A DNA stretch of 63,153 nucleotides, counting the filler, from Phoronis australis (Eukaryota; Animalia; Phoronida), in assembly GCA_002633005.1 (NCBI GenBank). It is 5 parts of 5 records of this genome, joined end to end, with 100 filler letters (N's around TTAATTAATTAA, not from the genome) between each part and the next. Parts side by side here need not be neighbours in the genome. Positions count along the whole stretch, not along the records: positions 1 to 26,773 come from NMRA01001149.1; positions 26,874 to 51,066 come from NMRA01001298.1; 3 more parts are not named here. One strand, written 5' to 3'. Positions 24,701 to 37,824 of the stretch are shown one piece after another. The position numbers were made by a program, and so were the translations under genes. The notes beneath the pieces are model-generated. The model was not told the DNA's origin. It ran no database searches and saw only the letters and a program-made list of their open reading frames with translations. The stretch's first letter is position 1; each line of letters starts with the position of its first letter.

Positions 24701-25916
24701 ATGCTATGGATACTGTGTTCCGTTTTGATATCACGATGGGAAACAACAGAAAGTGATTGTAGTGTCTGTTGTTGGATACGTAACAAGCCACAGCAAACTG
24801 ACAGTTCCTACTCAACCCTTCTAATTTAAAAAGGAACGATCTAGGGCCAGTTTCATGACGCGGATATTTAGTGATGACGTGTCATGGCAGTAGATGACAC
24901 AATTTGAACCCGGGAATAATAAGTATGTCATCACACTGGGTCCAAGACGTCTTAATGACGTCAAAATGATGTCATGCTAAACATTCCTATCTGAGTGATG
25001 AGTTTGATATGAATCAAAAGCTTTTCTTAGAGGAAGTTGGGTTTATAACAGGTTAATGGAAACTGCCTACATGTGACCTTTTCATCAGCTTTTATTTTCA
25101 ATGCAAATTTTAAATGCAATCTTTACCACATGAAATAGGATATTTCCTAGAACTCGTTAATCACACAAAATAATTACTAAAAAAATCATGCCCAGCCGTC
25201 TGCAGTCATGTGACCACATATTTTCTAAGGAATCATTAATTTTCTCAAAAATCACAGCAACTTCAGAAAAGGAGGATTTCACAAAAAAACTTCCAAATTC
25301 TGATTCGTTCTCCCGTAGCTACAGAGGCATGTCCGGAATGTTCTGTTTACGTCTTTTAGCCGAAAAACTATGCAATAAAAATATATATTTTTTTGAAAAT
25401 TGAAGTTGCTGAAAGCTTTCATCTAAAAGGCATTCGACAAATATTCCCAGACAAGCTATTTGAAGCCCATACAGTTAGAAACTACAGAATTGACAAATGT
25501 GGGATTTTTTCATTAGGTTAAGTTGATGCGATTTAAGCGAAAAATAACATTTTTTTAACAATATCATCATCGGACTAGAGATAACTGAGCATCACATTTG
25601 AGCACATAACGCTAAATCGTCGTGAGAGAACGGGTCCTATATTTTTGTATTCGAGCGCGCCGAATGAAAGTAGTATTGGGTGTTGCTGTGTTGCTAAATC
25701 TCTTATTCTTAGCCGATTTGAAAAATTCAAATTAGTGCCAACATTTTTTTCTATCCTCTTTTCAAATATTACACTCAAAACTACATAAAACGCTCTTCAT
25801 CAAAAGTTCGGTCATCTAGGCTAGATTTTAATCAGCTGATCGTATCCGCATGAGCGAAGTCAATTATCCTCGCTCTAGACTCGATGAATAGAGCAGCTAG
25901 GCGGGATCCCTTAGAT

Positions 25917-26773
25917 TGTGAGCTGAGCGCAACGCAACCAAGGTTGTTAAGTATAGCGTCACCCGGCGTCGAATACAGTAGTATCTAACACGGACACGAG
26001 ATGTCTCTTCAGCTTCGGCCTTTCCTGCGTATATAACATGGTGTCAGGAGTGAGTCTTAGGGCATCGTAGGTCTTTGGAACGTCGAGTTTCTGAAACATT
26101 CCGTCTAACGAGTAGCTGCACGCTGTAATAGTGATTTTGACGAAGAATTGGAGGTTGGACGTTGACATTGCGAAAATTCAAGATGGCGGCCTCCATGTTT
26201 GCGTGCCCGAAATTTGACAGCGGACATAAACATTGTACAATCCTGGAAGGCTTACAAAGCAGATTTGGCGAATTTCTTCATCGCAGCAGCACTGAACAAT
26301 GCGGAGGACGCTAGGAAAGTTGCGATCCTGATATATTCGATGAGTTCACAGTATCGGACAGTGATGAAAACTTCAACTTCGCAAACGACGCAGAGAAGCA
26401 CAATTACGATGCATTGAAAAAGAAGTTCAATGAATTTTTTGAACCTAAGAGTAAGAAGGTAACAAAATTATACATGAAACAATTTGACGATCGGATCCAA
26501 AAAGAAAGGGAATCTATTGTGCAGTACATCACCAATCTACGCGAAATCGCGTCCTACTGCGATTTTGGGGACACATTGGACAGACAATTGTGTAAGCAGA
26601 TCAGTCTAGGGGTGAGAGATACTGCTTTTCGTGATAAACTTTGGTCAGAGGATCTGACACTTGACCAAATTGTGCAAAAGTGCCAGTTACATGAGCAAAA
26701 AACTAACTCACTGGATCACCTGACAAGCTCAGTGAACAGAATAGCCATACATGGATACCGACGTTCCTATTCG
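25917..26773 (+). mobile_element. 5' part of a decayed Gypsy (Mag-like) LTR retrotransposon: LTR end, PBS and frameshifted gag
   Basis: ...TAACA|TGGTGTCAGGAGTG at 26039 is an LTR CA end followed by a tRNA-Leu-type PBS. Gag pieces SWKAYKADLANFFIAA..RKVAILI and FDDRIQKERESIVQYITNLREIASYCDFGDTLD follow, then the sequence runs into a gap. LTR start is approximate. Confidence 0.85.
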
Positions 26774-26873
26774 NNNNNNNNNNNNNNNNNNNNNNNNNNN
26801 NNNNNNNNNNNNNNNNNTTAATTAATTAANNNNNNNNNNNNNNNNNNNNNNNNNNNNNNNNNNNNNNNNNNNN
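26774..26873. other. Artificial assembly join N44-TTAATTAATTAA-N44 (also 51067-51166, 54554-54653, 59963-60062)
   Basis: The identical 100-nt structure occurs four times; the 12-mer gives stop codons in all six frames. Confidence 0.97.
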
Positions 26874-27111
26874 TAGATTAGAGCTAGTGTCCTTGTATAT
26901 AAGCTCCGCCCCAGTTGTCAATCACTGAGCTGGTGAGCACTCAAGCCGTATGACTTACTGAGGCTTGGTCAAATATAGCTAAAAAAACAACTTTGGATTT
27001 TCAGAATGATTTTATTTTTCTTCAGTATACTGTGCATCAAGAATTGAAGATTAGGATGATATGAAAATGTAAAAAACAGTCAAAATTAATTTTTTTGTGT
27101 ATCCACCTACC
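26874..27111. mobile_element. Possible right end of a Kolobok-type element
   Basis: Ends ...gtgtatccacctacc followed by TTAA (27112-27115). The partner end is not seen because of the gap. Confidence 0.35.
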
Positions 27112-27132
27112 TTAAAGAAATGCGTACGCTGC

Positions 27133-27207
27133 ACGGACGAACGGACGGACTCAGGGTCGAACAGACAGAAATGGCGGCAAGATGCACCTGTATGCAGGCG
27201 CATAAAA
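27133..27207 (-). mobile_element. Helentron/HINE-like terminal fragment
   Basis: (GGAC/GAAC) tetramer run, then the stem-loop atgcacctg-tatg-caggcgcat abutting an A-run. Confidence 0.4.
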
Positions 27208-27451
27208 TCGAAAATCTAGTTATGTTAACATAATCTCTAGGACATAAATTGCATATATCGCGTCGAGTTTTTTTCGTTAATGTTCACAAAAATAGCTGAT
27301 TCTCACATTATTAGGAACACCGAACCAGATCACTTAAAGAGGCTATACACCCACCTTCCATCACAAAACATACAACAATGGTCGTGCGTGGTATTTATCA
27401 AAATTTACCTCATGCGTAGAAATCGGGGTGTTTACACTTTTAAACACTTAC

Positions 27452-27600
27452 CGTCATCAAAAGTTACACGCAACTTCACCTTTGTCCCAGCTGCTACCGT
27501 GTTGGTGGTCGAGTAAATTTTGGTATCATCAGCATCATCAATAATCTTCAGTGTCAGCGCTGGTATGCTTTGTTTTGCAATGACATCGTCGAAATTTTCC
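27452..27600 (-). CDS. ZP-domain protein, start of ZP-C (gene continues into the gap)
   Basis: tcatctccag|G (phase 2, compatible) to GAC G|GTAAGT. Translation ENFDDVIAKQSIPALTLKII...VAAGTKVKLRVTFDD resembles the internal hydrophobic patch and the G-x-x-V-x-L strand of ZP-C. Confidence 0.78.
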
Positions 27601-28085
27601 CTGGAGATGAGCACGTTAAGTTCAGATATTTCCGGTTATGAAGCCAGCAGGAGAGAAGATTGGATCAAACACCGTCAAAGAAAAACTTGGGCAACTCGCT
27701 GAGTTCAGGACCGGGAACATGCGCGCACCCAGCCTTCAATATGGGGGGCTCGAATTCTTGACGTCGTGTACCTTTTGCTAACAAAACAGCGGGCGGCCTA
27801 AAAAAACGGGATACCCTTGTGAAGTGCGCGTTTGCGCTTATTTAGTGGACTTTTGTCCCATTTTCCCGGACTTTTTGTCTCTCAGGAGCGGACCTTTTTG
27901 CCCACTTCGCCAAATGAGCCCCCCCCCGAGCCCCCCCCCCCCCNNNNNNNNCCCCCCCCCCCCCCCCGGTGGGTGCCCGCATGGGGAAGGTGTGTTTGTG
28001 CGTCTGCACGTGTGCATGCATACGAGAGCGTGTGTGTCTGTGTCTGCAAGTTTTTGAATGTGTGTATGTATGCAGGTAGGTGCAT

Positions 28086-28135
28086 GTAGGTAGGTAGGTA
28101 GGTAGGTAGGTAGGTAGGCAGGCAGTTAAGTAGGT
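28086..28135. repeat. (TAGG)n microsatellite; poly-C tract with Ns at 27919-27967
   Basis: Directly visible. Confidence 0.9.
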
Positions 28136-29107
28136 ATAAGGATATGCATATCTATATTGATGATAATAGACAACCGGACCTCTTCACAATCGCGTAAACA
28201 AACAATACAAACTGTAGTAGGGTACAGTCACACGATATTTGTAACCTCTCCCTACATACTCTGGTTTACTTTCAACCAAAGTTCAGTACTATTTCGTAAT
28301 TACGTGACACGCCTAAGGTACATCTCCGCGGCTGGGTGTCCTAAAACTTTACATATAGATATAACTTGCGTGCATATAACACTTTTGGAGGCCAGCTTTT
28401 CCCGTCAATGTCAGCACAACACTATTCGAAAACAGTCGGAAACCATTTACCACATATTGGATCTACCAAACGTGTAGCAAAAGTCGATCGCCAGCAAAAA
28501 GCACTGTTTTCATATTTATTGCTCTCATATTGAAGTTTGTAAAACACTGTGCATGATACAATTGGCTTCATCTTCAGTAACATAATTTAACCGGTATTCA
28601 ATTTCCTCGTACAGTCTTTAGAGCGTAGAGCACGCCACTGCAGTACCATTTTAATGCGTTTTTGCGACAGATGACTTGCACTGAAATATGGTGAAATCAG
28701 AATATTTCATTGCTTTTTGGAGTCTACACACAGTAGTTGATCAGCGAGCTCTTAAATTGAAAGTCAGAGCAAATTGGTCATGCTATATCGGTCAGTCAGG
28801 GCCTATGGCCTGAGTGATCCTCTAGAACAGTTTTCTTTTCTCTGGCTAACTCTTCCTTATGAACACGACAAAATTAAGTCATCACGTCCAAAAATATCGT
28901 TTCACTACACCTGCCTATCCGTTCTGATTTGTCGTGTACAATAGTCACATTCGACAATCGTATACAACTGTTATCAGCGTTCGTACACTACGCTCCTGAC
29001 TGGTCAATTTTCGACAATTATGGTTAAGTGATGGGTCAAGTAACTATAAAATTCATAATCATTCTAAATGTCATTTTCAAAAAAAACAAATAAATTTTAT
29101 TACTAAC

Positions 29108-29271
29108 GTTGCAGTAACGTTGCTGGTCGAGCTACCACTCAGAATAGGTTCTCCGTTCGCATCATAAGTGCACTTGTAGGTATGCTTTGTGTCGGGGGGT
29201 CCACTGTTAGTACCATCAGATAAGACGGTAGCAAAAAATGTGATTTCGACATTGCCAGCCCCAGTTGGTTT
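29108..29271 (-). CDS. ZP-domain protein, ZP-N second half and linker
   Basis: tgttttcag|AAA (phase 0) to AC|GTTAGT (phase 2). Translation KPTGAGNVEITFFATV...PDTKHTYKCTYDANG contains ZP-N Cys4 (C-x-Y). Confidence 0.85.
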
Positions 29272-30160
29272 CTGAAAACATAACGTGATGCTCCTGATGA
29301 GCACATAGGTAAACTGCAGCTGTCATGAAATCCGTGAAATTTATGATATATATATATATTACTAATTAGTATGTTAGTTTGAAAGTATTATTGATATTAT
29401 TTCTTTGCTAGCAAATTGTTTATGTTTATAGTAACTTGTTTTGGCTGTCAACTGAGTCAGCGGCCCATCCGGTGCGTCCACACATGTTTTGGTGAACTCT
29501 GTAGTAAACTAGATTATGTAATGGTCATTCACAGAATCATTGCCTAAAGACATCTGACCATTATCATATATGGCAAACAAAACAGAATAGTTCTGATGAT
29601 TGTCATGCAAGTCCTTAGAGTTGTTTACTGTTATATCCTGTAGAATCTTGAATCATGAAGTTTAGTGCATGCAACCCACGCATTTGTAACTTGTATATAA
29701 ATCCGTTCCCTTGTCTAATAAAGACAGTGCTCACCTTGCTACTGCCAGTTGCTATTACTAGTGTAATTGAGTGTTCCACACTTAGATACTGCATAGAACC
29801 ATTTCACTGGCGGACCGAGACAGTCCACAACGCTGAGCTACTAAGTTCAAGTCTACTCCTCGAGTTATTATACTACAACAGCAAGTCCTTCCATAGCGGT
29901 TACGATAGGTTATAAGAGCTTTAGAAAACATTTGTGTAATTCTGGCTAGGCATAATCACACGATACTCAGTCCTAAGCGATAAACCGATAAACTCGTTAT
30001 GGATGAAATGAAATTCATTGAATGAATGATATTAGGAAAGATTGTGTAAATCAAATCGATTAAATGCCAGCAGTCCAGGAGAGAAAGCATTTCGTCAATT
30101 ATTTAGATAATAGAGAAGGGACTAACATAGCGAACGATAACCCAAGCCAACGTTCCCAAT

Positions 30161-32353
30161 TAGTCGGTGGGCCAGATCTCATAGCGTTCATCGTTGTGAG
30201 TACTTCGGGTGGGGCAACCTATTTTTTTCTATGTGGCTAGATAATATACCTATAAATCAAATTCCAAAAACTTCCCACGTCTACACGTGCACATTTTTCT
30301 AAAAAAAAGTTGTTTTGTTGCACAAAATATTATGCACATTCCTGGCACTTGGTGGCGCTTTTCTATTGAATTGACCAATCAGAGAGCCAGATTGTATTGT
30401 TGTGCTTAGTTACTTCAATATGGCTGCTCCCATGGAGTTTGATGCCTGTATAATTCAAGGTTTATCAAACAGCACAAAATTGTTATGCCAGAACCTGTTG
30501 TAATTTGAGGACCGTGGAAGCCATTGCCCATTTCATCAAACATTGATTACCTTAAGTGTAAATCGATTGACTATGGTATAAGCATCTGATTTAAAAAATT
30601 AAATTTCAATCACTGCACTGGTATATCAGTTGATTTATTTTCAGTTGCATCAACTAATCTAATTATTAGATGATCAACATTTTTAAGCGACTGATCTGAC
30701 GGCATGTAAATTTTTTAGGCTGGTGGTGGATCAGTTCCTGATAAGTCCGTCCAAAAAATTTTGCATGCCAACTCACTCATTGTTAGATGTTAAATTAGTC
30801 TTAACAGTTCGGGTTTTTTTCAGTTGGACTTGTATCGCAAGCAACAGCTCAGTCCAGGGCCCTGAATATGAAAATGAAATTCAAAGATAAAGACCTTGTT
30901 TCTTAGAAGCCAAATACCACAGATCATCACGCTATAAAAAATAAAAAGACTAAGATTGCGAATAGTGACAAATCCACAGTTTCCAGAGTGATGTTTTTCT
31001 ACGGTTTTGTTTGGAAATCATTGAACCAAAGCCTCTAACACATGGAGATGTCATTTGCCTTTTTCGAAACTAAAACAAGACTTTGAATCTGTTCTTCAGA
31101 AAGCTGGTGTGCATGAAGTTATTTGGACAGGCTGTCGTAAGAAACGACTGTTGAAGCTACTCACTGTTGTAGTTTGTGCCCGACTAAGAGATACGAAGTG
31201 AATTGAGGCTAGTGTTTAATAATTCACTTGCTGACTCTAATTAACACAGCCCATTATAGCATATTTTGAATCAAGCGTTTGCCAAAATACTGCCCACCTC
31301 CAAAAAAGGACTTAGGGTTTGACCCTTCATTGCATGCGGGTCAATCGCCAGTGCCCAGTGCTGTACCCCCTCTAATCGACCATAGTTTGCTCCTTGGCGG
31401 TGGGGCTTTGCAGTCAAAATGTATGGCAATGCCCGCAGCTCCATTGACAGTACTAAACGAAGAATGCTGCCAGTGCAAGAAGATAATGTGTGCTGGGAAA
31501 CTGAGTTTGTGCTGCAATGCTGGGTCAAACTGTACAGAAATGTGCAGTTGTGACAACTGTAGTAACATCAGCAACACTGACTGCATAACATTGGATAGTT
31601 CTTTGACAAGTCAACCCTAAATAGACCTCCAACCCCGTTATTTCGTTTTTTTTGTATTAATAAGTGAATTTTATTTGTTGATTAAGTAATTGAAAGTACG
31701 TACTTTGGTCGTTGTCATGTATTTGTCTCATACTGCTTGATAAATGCCGTCAGAATAATTTATTATTTTTACAGTCTGAGTGCACTAAACACAGAGATCA
31801 TTCAAATTCATTGTTTTTGTACTATAACGTTTTTCGGGTGTATTATGCAAACAAGCTACATTTTACACCATTAGTCAATGTTTTAGTCATTGAGGCACAA
31901 ATTTCGCCCAGTCTCAAGTGTTTTGTGTTATTTTTGTTGCCAGACAATGCCAGAATAACCTCCTAGTAACTAGGTGTCACTTTACATTTTTTAAATTTCA
32001 CTGTTTACAATTAGTCTACAATAGTAAAACATGTAATGTGAGTGTATTATTGTTCAATACAATGACATAGATGGGTCCATGTTACTTGTTTTACAAAATA
32101 ATATAGCAAAAACTGTTGTTTTTACAAATATAAGTTCTCTAAGCTCTATGATCATGGTTATTATGCAACTTCAAACTCAAATTTCTCAAAAAAGTGCAAC
32201 TTTAAACGTGTGAACTTTTTAGATTTTGAAAACACTCTAGTAAATGAATTAAAAAACACCAAAATAAAATTGCCCCCCTAAAGTACTCACAAAAACCATT
32301 TTCTAGAATCCCTACAAATTCTGGCTCAGTGCCAAAATAATCGCCCACCTACT
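30161..32353 (+). mobile_element. Academ-like DNA transposon deletion derivative, copy 1 (both ends present), in an intron of the ZP gene
   Basis: Left end TAGTCGGTGGGC...gtgagtacttcgggtggggcaa is mirrored at the right by ttgcccccctaaagtactcac...gcccacctact. The internal remnant 31279-31620 (PPLIDHS..MAMPAAPLTVL..CQCKK..C....C...CTEMCSCDNCSN) matches a CXC-type transposase C-terminus. Superfamily is assigned from recall of TAG termini plus the CXC tail; no TSD is visible. Confidence 0.7.
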
Positions 32354-33810
32354 CCGCGACATCATCACCTTTTGCATGGAATCTTGTGGAATTGGCGTTT
32401 GTTTAAATGTCAATGTCTCGACTACAGCGGCTGACTAGGGGTGTTCATTTGGATCTATGGTGACATTCAACAGAAGTTCCTGAGAAAAACACTATCACGA
32501 CATTGAAGTTAAAATGTCTCTGTTAATGACTGGAAACAGGTCAATTGTATCATTGTAACAGAGTATTGTGCCCGCCTGCATTTATTTGGTTACTATTTTA
32601 CTACAATGCGAATATAAAAGAAACCCAACTCTGCTCGAAACTTCAATTTCGACTACTTTAAGTTTCCAGAAATGCCCGTATGGTACCAAGCCTCAGCATT
32701 TAAGGAATACTAATTTGGAAAGACGACCGTGTTCACTGAGACCAGCGAGACAATAGACTGACAGTGCGTTCAGAAAAAGCTTCGACTTTTGTGAACATGG
32801 ACGTTTAGTTTAGTTGGGAAAAGTCTAGGCATGAACGTATCAAGGTGAATGCAACGACTCCTTTTGAAAATTATGGTTTTGGTCTGTGCTTTGGAATGAA
32901 ACATTTTCAACGTGACGAGTTATCGTTTTTTCTTTATTATTTTTATTCAAATATAGACTGAAGGGAGAGTCTACTGGATTCGCCGCAACAGTATGATGAA
33001 CTTTTTCTTTAAAATTTCTCATAACATTTAGATGAGGACAAACCGTAAAGTTAATTAGTATATTTTATTACGATTCTTGAGACGCATAATTAAATTTATG
33101 CAAACAGCATTTGACCAAAGGTGTTACAATTATGAGCTAGATATTCGCACTTTCGGTTAAAAAAATACTTATAACAGATCGTACATGTCTATGACCACGT
33201 CTTTCATTTCCACTCTAAACAAAACGACCAAACTCGAGCCCAAGTTCTCGGGTCAACACGTGTCGGAAGACATTTTCCGCTAGCGTGTCGTGGAAGTTGG
33301 CGGTCTATATCTTCTTGTCAGTGGTAAAAGGTTATGATTTTTTTCAAATGTTATTTCTTTTACAGTTTCAAAGCTTTGTTTTGTAAGAGCATATCAATTA
33401 CACGAGCATTTATTCTTAGACGTCTGGCATGTAGCGGTTTTTCAAGAAAATCTACGCAAAAGCAAAGAACACGGCGGCGCTATATGGGGCTGACGGAGGG
33501 ACAGAAGAGGCTTTTATCCAACGATAAGCACGGCCTTATAAATCGCCATGACCTTAAATACCAGGTTGCTTGTTTAAATCTCTTTAATCCAATTCTTTCT
33601 TTTTTTCTAAATTTTCTTTTTAAATATATAATACGCACTATAAAACTTGCACACGGTCTGGTACACATTTTTACAGACGCGCGCAGGTCGTCCGGAGGGG
33701 CTCATTTCCCTGATCAACTGGAACGACTCTTGTGCTTTAATAATATACATGTGTAGTTAAATCCGAAGTGATGAGTTAGAGACTTGACTCAAAGGTATAA
33801 CAGTGTTCAC

Positions 33811-33876
33811 CACTGGGACTCGAGCTAACAACATTGCCTAAAGGAAGCGGGTACTTATCCCACTAGGCCAGACTGC
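33811..33876 (-). mobile_element. tRNA-derived SINE head (degenerate)
   Basis: The minus strand has A-box TGGCCTAGTGG and B-box-like GCTCGAGTCCC at tRNA-like spacing, but no convincing cloverleaf. Confidence 0.55.
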
Positions 33877-34184
33877 GTCATCCCAATATTAGCATTAGAG
33901 GAGCATGTAATATATACAAATGAGATTATTCTGTTCCGGAGAAACCGAATCATATTTAACTGGAACGTGAGCCAATAATCGAAAACGAACGGAAATCGAA
34001 TAGTTCAGAAGAGTTTTTGCACCATAAAGTAACTGAGGTACTGACTGCGGTAGTGATCTCGATTATAGGAACTGCGGAAATTCTATTGAGAACAGCAGTG
34101 TAGGTAGAATATTATTCATGTACATGTATAAGATACTGCAGTTTATAAACAGAATGATACGGCTAGTGCAAACAGTGTACTCAC

Positions 34185-34351
34185 CTGCACTCCGCAGTTG
34201 GTATACTTAAAATCCAAGTTACCAGTGCCCGCATTTATGTCAGCCTTGCAATTAACGTCAGTGGCTTTACCTTTCACATACATTAGTTTTTTTGAAGTGT
34301 CTGCCCCTGTTATGGTTAGCTTCGAACCATCCTTTTTACATACGAATGTCC
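34185..34351 (-). CDS. ZP-domain protein, ZP-N first half
   Basis: cttttacag|GG...CAG|GTGAGT. Translation TFVCKKDG...LMYVKGKATDVNCKA...DFKYTNCGVQ carries ZP-N Cys1-3 and the YVKG motif seen in invertebrate ZP/cuticlin-type proteins. Confidence 0.85.
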
Positions 34352-37300
34352 CTGTAAAAGAAATATGCAGGGTGTAATAATTGGTCAATTATGATAAATT
34401 CAAAATAAAGTACAAAATGATAAAGCCGGTTTCAACATTAAATTCATATTAAATTGGGTAATTTCCCTTTCTAAACAATAAATATACTTGTACTACTCGT
34501 CAGCACAATCGTGTTATTTCCTCTTTCATTCCTGGAATTAACCAATTCCACTAATTGTCATCAGGTGACCCCATCAACAGCACGCTTTTAATTGTGCCAA
34601 AAATGTTGCTGACGTACGTAGCTATGGAAATAAATGACGAGAAGCGCAGGACTTTATTTCAAGAAAATTCACCGCATGGTGAAGGATAGAGATTTCAACT
34701 CCAGGGATTTCAAAATTACATCTAATAGACGGAGTCGCAGCGCCCTCATAGCGTGACGTCTTCGGAGTCATTAGCGAGGTAACGAAGGGGAACGCTCACT
34801 CAAAGTAACTTGTAGAAACATTGCAACTAAAGACTGCGCTGTACCGAACCAAATTTAAGTCTGGGATCCCTGTGTGCGGGACTGGTTGGCAATCAATGTA
34901 GATTTCGTCTAACCCACAGCGGCAACTTGGAGAGTGCGTGTAACAGGAAAACTGTATTGTAGTCGCGCGTGTCAATTGATAACGACGCAGCCCGAGGGGG
35001 CGTTACACAATTTATGGAGCGAATGACTTAGTCGAGCGAAGTATGACCAAACGAAAAGTGTGGTGCTAGTCACACTTGGGTGAGAAAACACAAATACATT
35101 GTAATCGACGGGCGTACGTAACGGCTGACAGTGAGAGCAGCAACGATGGCAAGTGCACAGTGGCATTGAGGAGCCAGAAAATATCAAAAATCTTCTTGGA
35201 CGAATAGTTCTTTCTATCGTTCAACCAGAGGGGTCTGAGTCCGCAAGAAAACAGGCCGACAACTCTGCAAGTTGTCATAGACCGCTTCAGAGACGATTCC
35301 ATTGTGTTTAAGTAAAATGTGAAAAATTGGGCTAATCAACGAAAACGATTTCCATTGGTCTTCAAAATAAGTTGGCAATATTTCTTGTAGTTGAAAATTA
35401 GCAAAACTTCGGCGCAAAATTTCCCCATTAAGTGTCTAATGACTTACCTTTTTGCATTTCCATCTGAATACTGTCGTAGTTTCGCCATAAATTCGACGAA
35501 GCAAGGAATGACTTTATAAGCGCATATTGTGACACGTGACAAATTACAGTTACAGTTGTAGAGACGAAATTGTGTCGAGAATCATACTGTGCTTGTTTTT
35601 TGTCACGAGAATACAACACATCGCAATCCGATTTCAACATAGCAATGCAGACCAGCTAATTAACTTACATTTTTAAAATGCCTATGACGGTCACCACTAA
35701 CAGCACACCGACCACTGAGACCAGTAGGAAAGTCTAAACTGTTGAGTTGGGAGGAAATATCAAATAAAAATGACAGACAAAGCCAGATCTATTTTCAGAT
35801 GGTGTGTCCTATTTTGGTTCTGGGGTTAATGCACTCTCAAGTTTCTAGAACTTTCTGAGAGCAAATCGTAACAGCCAATGATATAATTGGATAAGATCAT
35901 GTGGTTTTATTAGGCCAATCGTTGAGTAAGTACATTATTATAATTTGGTTAAATGTGCAAGGGCCAGTCCGTGCTCACAAGACGGTTCGTTTTGGGTAAA
36001 GCAACGGGAGGCCTATCGTTTCTGTATGTAGATATACACGCTATTTCCCTCTCAAACGGAATTCTCGTGAATAAGAGATTTTTGTTCTACGAACGTTCAG
36101 GTGGTAAGTGTCTGTGTTGATAGCATCCCTGTTTCATACGCCTTTGCCACTGAACTTGGGGTACCGTCGTCTCCCTCCTAAGGAGCGTCCAAAGTACAAG
36201 TAATACCTCACTGGTAGTGACTTTGTTAAGATGGAGTATAATAGATTACATAAAACCCTTATGTCACTTTCATCAAAAGTGACACAAAATGCTTGAAGGG
36301 CTCAAGACCTATATATTCTTCCAGTTAACACAGAAATTCAAGCTAAGTGAAGACCAATGACAAAAACTTCAGAAAACTCAGCTTCGTGAACAGAATGAGT
36401 TTTCGTTCTTCGGTTTTGACTTGGACCAAAACTAAGTCAGGTTCTGCCATGTCAACATATCATTCATGTAAATTTTTGCCGCCTATTGACATTAATCGTG
36501 GTATTTAAACTCTAAATGGGTTATTTATTTTTCATATTGTGGAGGCTTTGGCATAACTGGGATCTCCTTCATTTAATAAGACCCTGTTATTGGTGGAAAA
36601 CTTTTCCATTATCGCTTTAAATGATAATGCATGTACGTGTAAGGTGCGCTGCACTTTTCATACGGTTCCCGAAAGGAAAGCTGACAACTTTAAAGGATGG
36701 GGGATGCAGGTTTCACCGAGTTGCCAATAAAGTTAGATCCATACACTGGTATAAAGTGACGTAATTTGAATTCAATCTATGTGACTTTAAGACATTTTAT
36801 GTATTTTGCTCGCCCAACCCCGCCCCCGAGCCACGTGAGCTCATCGTGTTTATAGATGCCTTTCAAGTTTGCCACTCAGATAGAGCTTCCCTCAAGACAC
36901 GGTTTATTCTTCAGTATAGGGTATAACGCTTTGCTTCATTCATAAGACTTGATAATGAGGTCAACTGTTTACTGGATGGTTATTTTCCCCAAAACTCCGT
37001 CAAACACCACCATTTTTTTAAAGTAATGATGGCAGACCACCTAAACCGACAAACTTGTGCTCGCAGACTTTACCAAATTCGAGTTTTCCAGTGCAGACGA
37101 CACTAGAGAAGGTGACCAATTTGTTGCATGTTATGGAAGGGGTCAGCAGAAGTACACAATGTACGAGGGCCAATGCAGGTTTTGGGGATGTCTGGTACGC
37201 CTGATTGAAGAGTCAGATTCAGTTCATCTTTCAAGGTAATCGCAACTTACCTCACTGACGTGTCTGATACTCATGTATAGGACATTCAAAACCTCTTTAA

Positions 37301-37458
37301 TACTGGTGAGGAATACGAAAGCGAGACTAAGCACAACAACGTACTGACTGGATTCGAAGAATACATACACAAAACGTACCGAGAGCGGCGTAGATGAAGT
37401 AATATCCCACGAGACATTATTCCGGATATACGCGGAATCAGTAAGAGGTACGTTTTTA

Positions 37459-37824
37459 TCCCATACGCGTTGAATCAGTCGAGTGCAATACGGCCATGTA
37501 ATAATGTTTTCCGTATTCTCCTCCAGCTCTATTTCAACAGTGTCCTCTAACATGGAAATTTACAAAGATAGGTCAATGTCGACTCGACGTCGTAAGGCGG
37601 TTCGATCATCAACCTTTCGGAAAATAACTTAAAGTATTATAATTGTAGCAGTGTAAATACCATTCAACATGCAACCAGGTCTCAGTCGTAACATCTGGAA
37701 TGGGACTGCTAACTATATGACAGTTCTGTCTCGGTTTTCAATTGCTAAATTTATATCGTCGGAAACTCAGGCGCCGATTCCTCGCGGGCCGTATTGCACT
37801 AGATAATTCAACGAGCATGGGATG
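37459..37824. repeat. Imperfect ~38-bp inverted repeat pair (MITE remnant)
   Basis: atcccatacgcgttgaatcagtcgagtgcaatacggcc versus ggccgtattgcactagataattcaacgagcatgggat. Confidence 0.65.

Noticed and set aside
26774-26873. Recurrent TTAATTAATTAA motif inside N runs
   Set aside because: It is an artificial six-frame-stop spacer. It carries no biological signal and makes cross-gap inferences unsafe.
31279-31620. Metallothionein-like or tesmin-like Cys-rich host gene
   Set aside because: It lies inside a TIR-bounded element present twice in the window and is a decayed transposase C-terminus.
33811-33876. tRNA gene
   Set aside because: A and B boxes are present but the stems are not convincing; better explained as a SINE head.
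35669-35733. TM exon as the missing TM exon of the podocalyxin-like paralog
   Set aside because: It shows no visible DNA or peptide similarity to 1204-1428 although the other duplicated exons are clearly alignable, and it lies across a gap.
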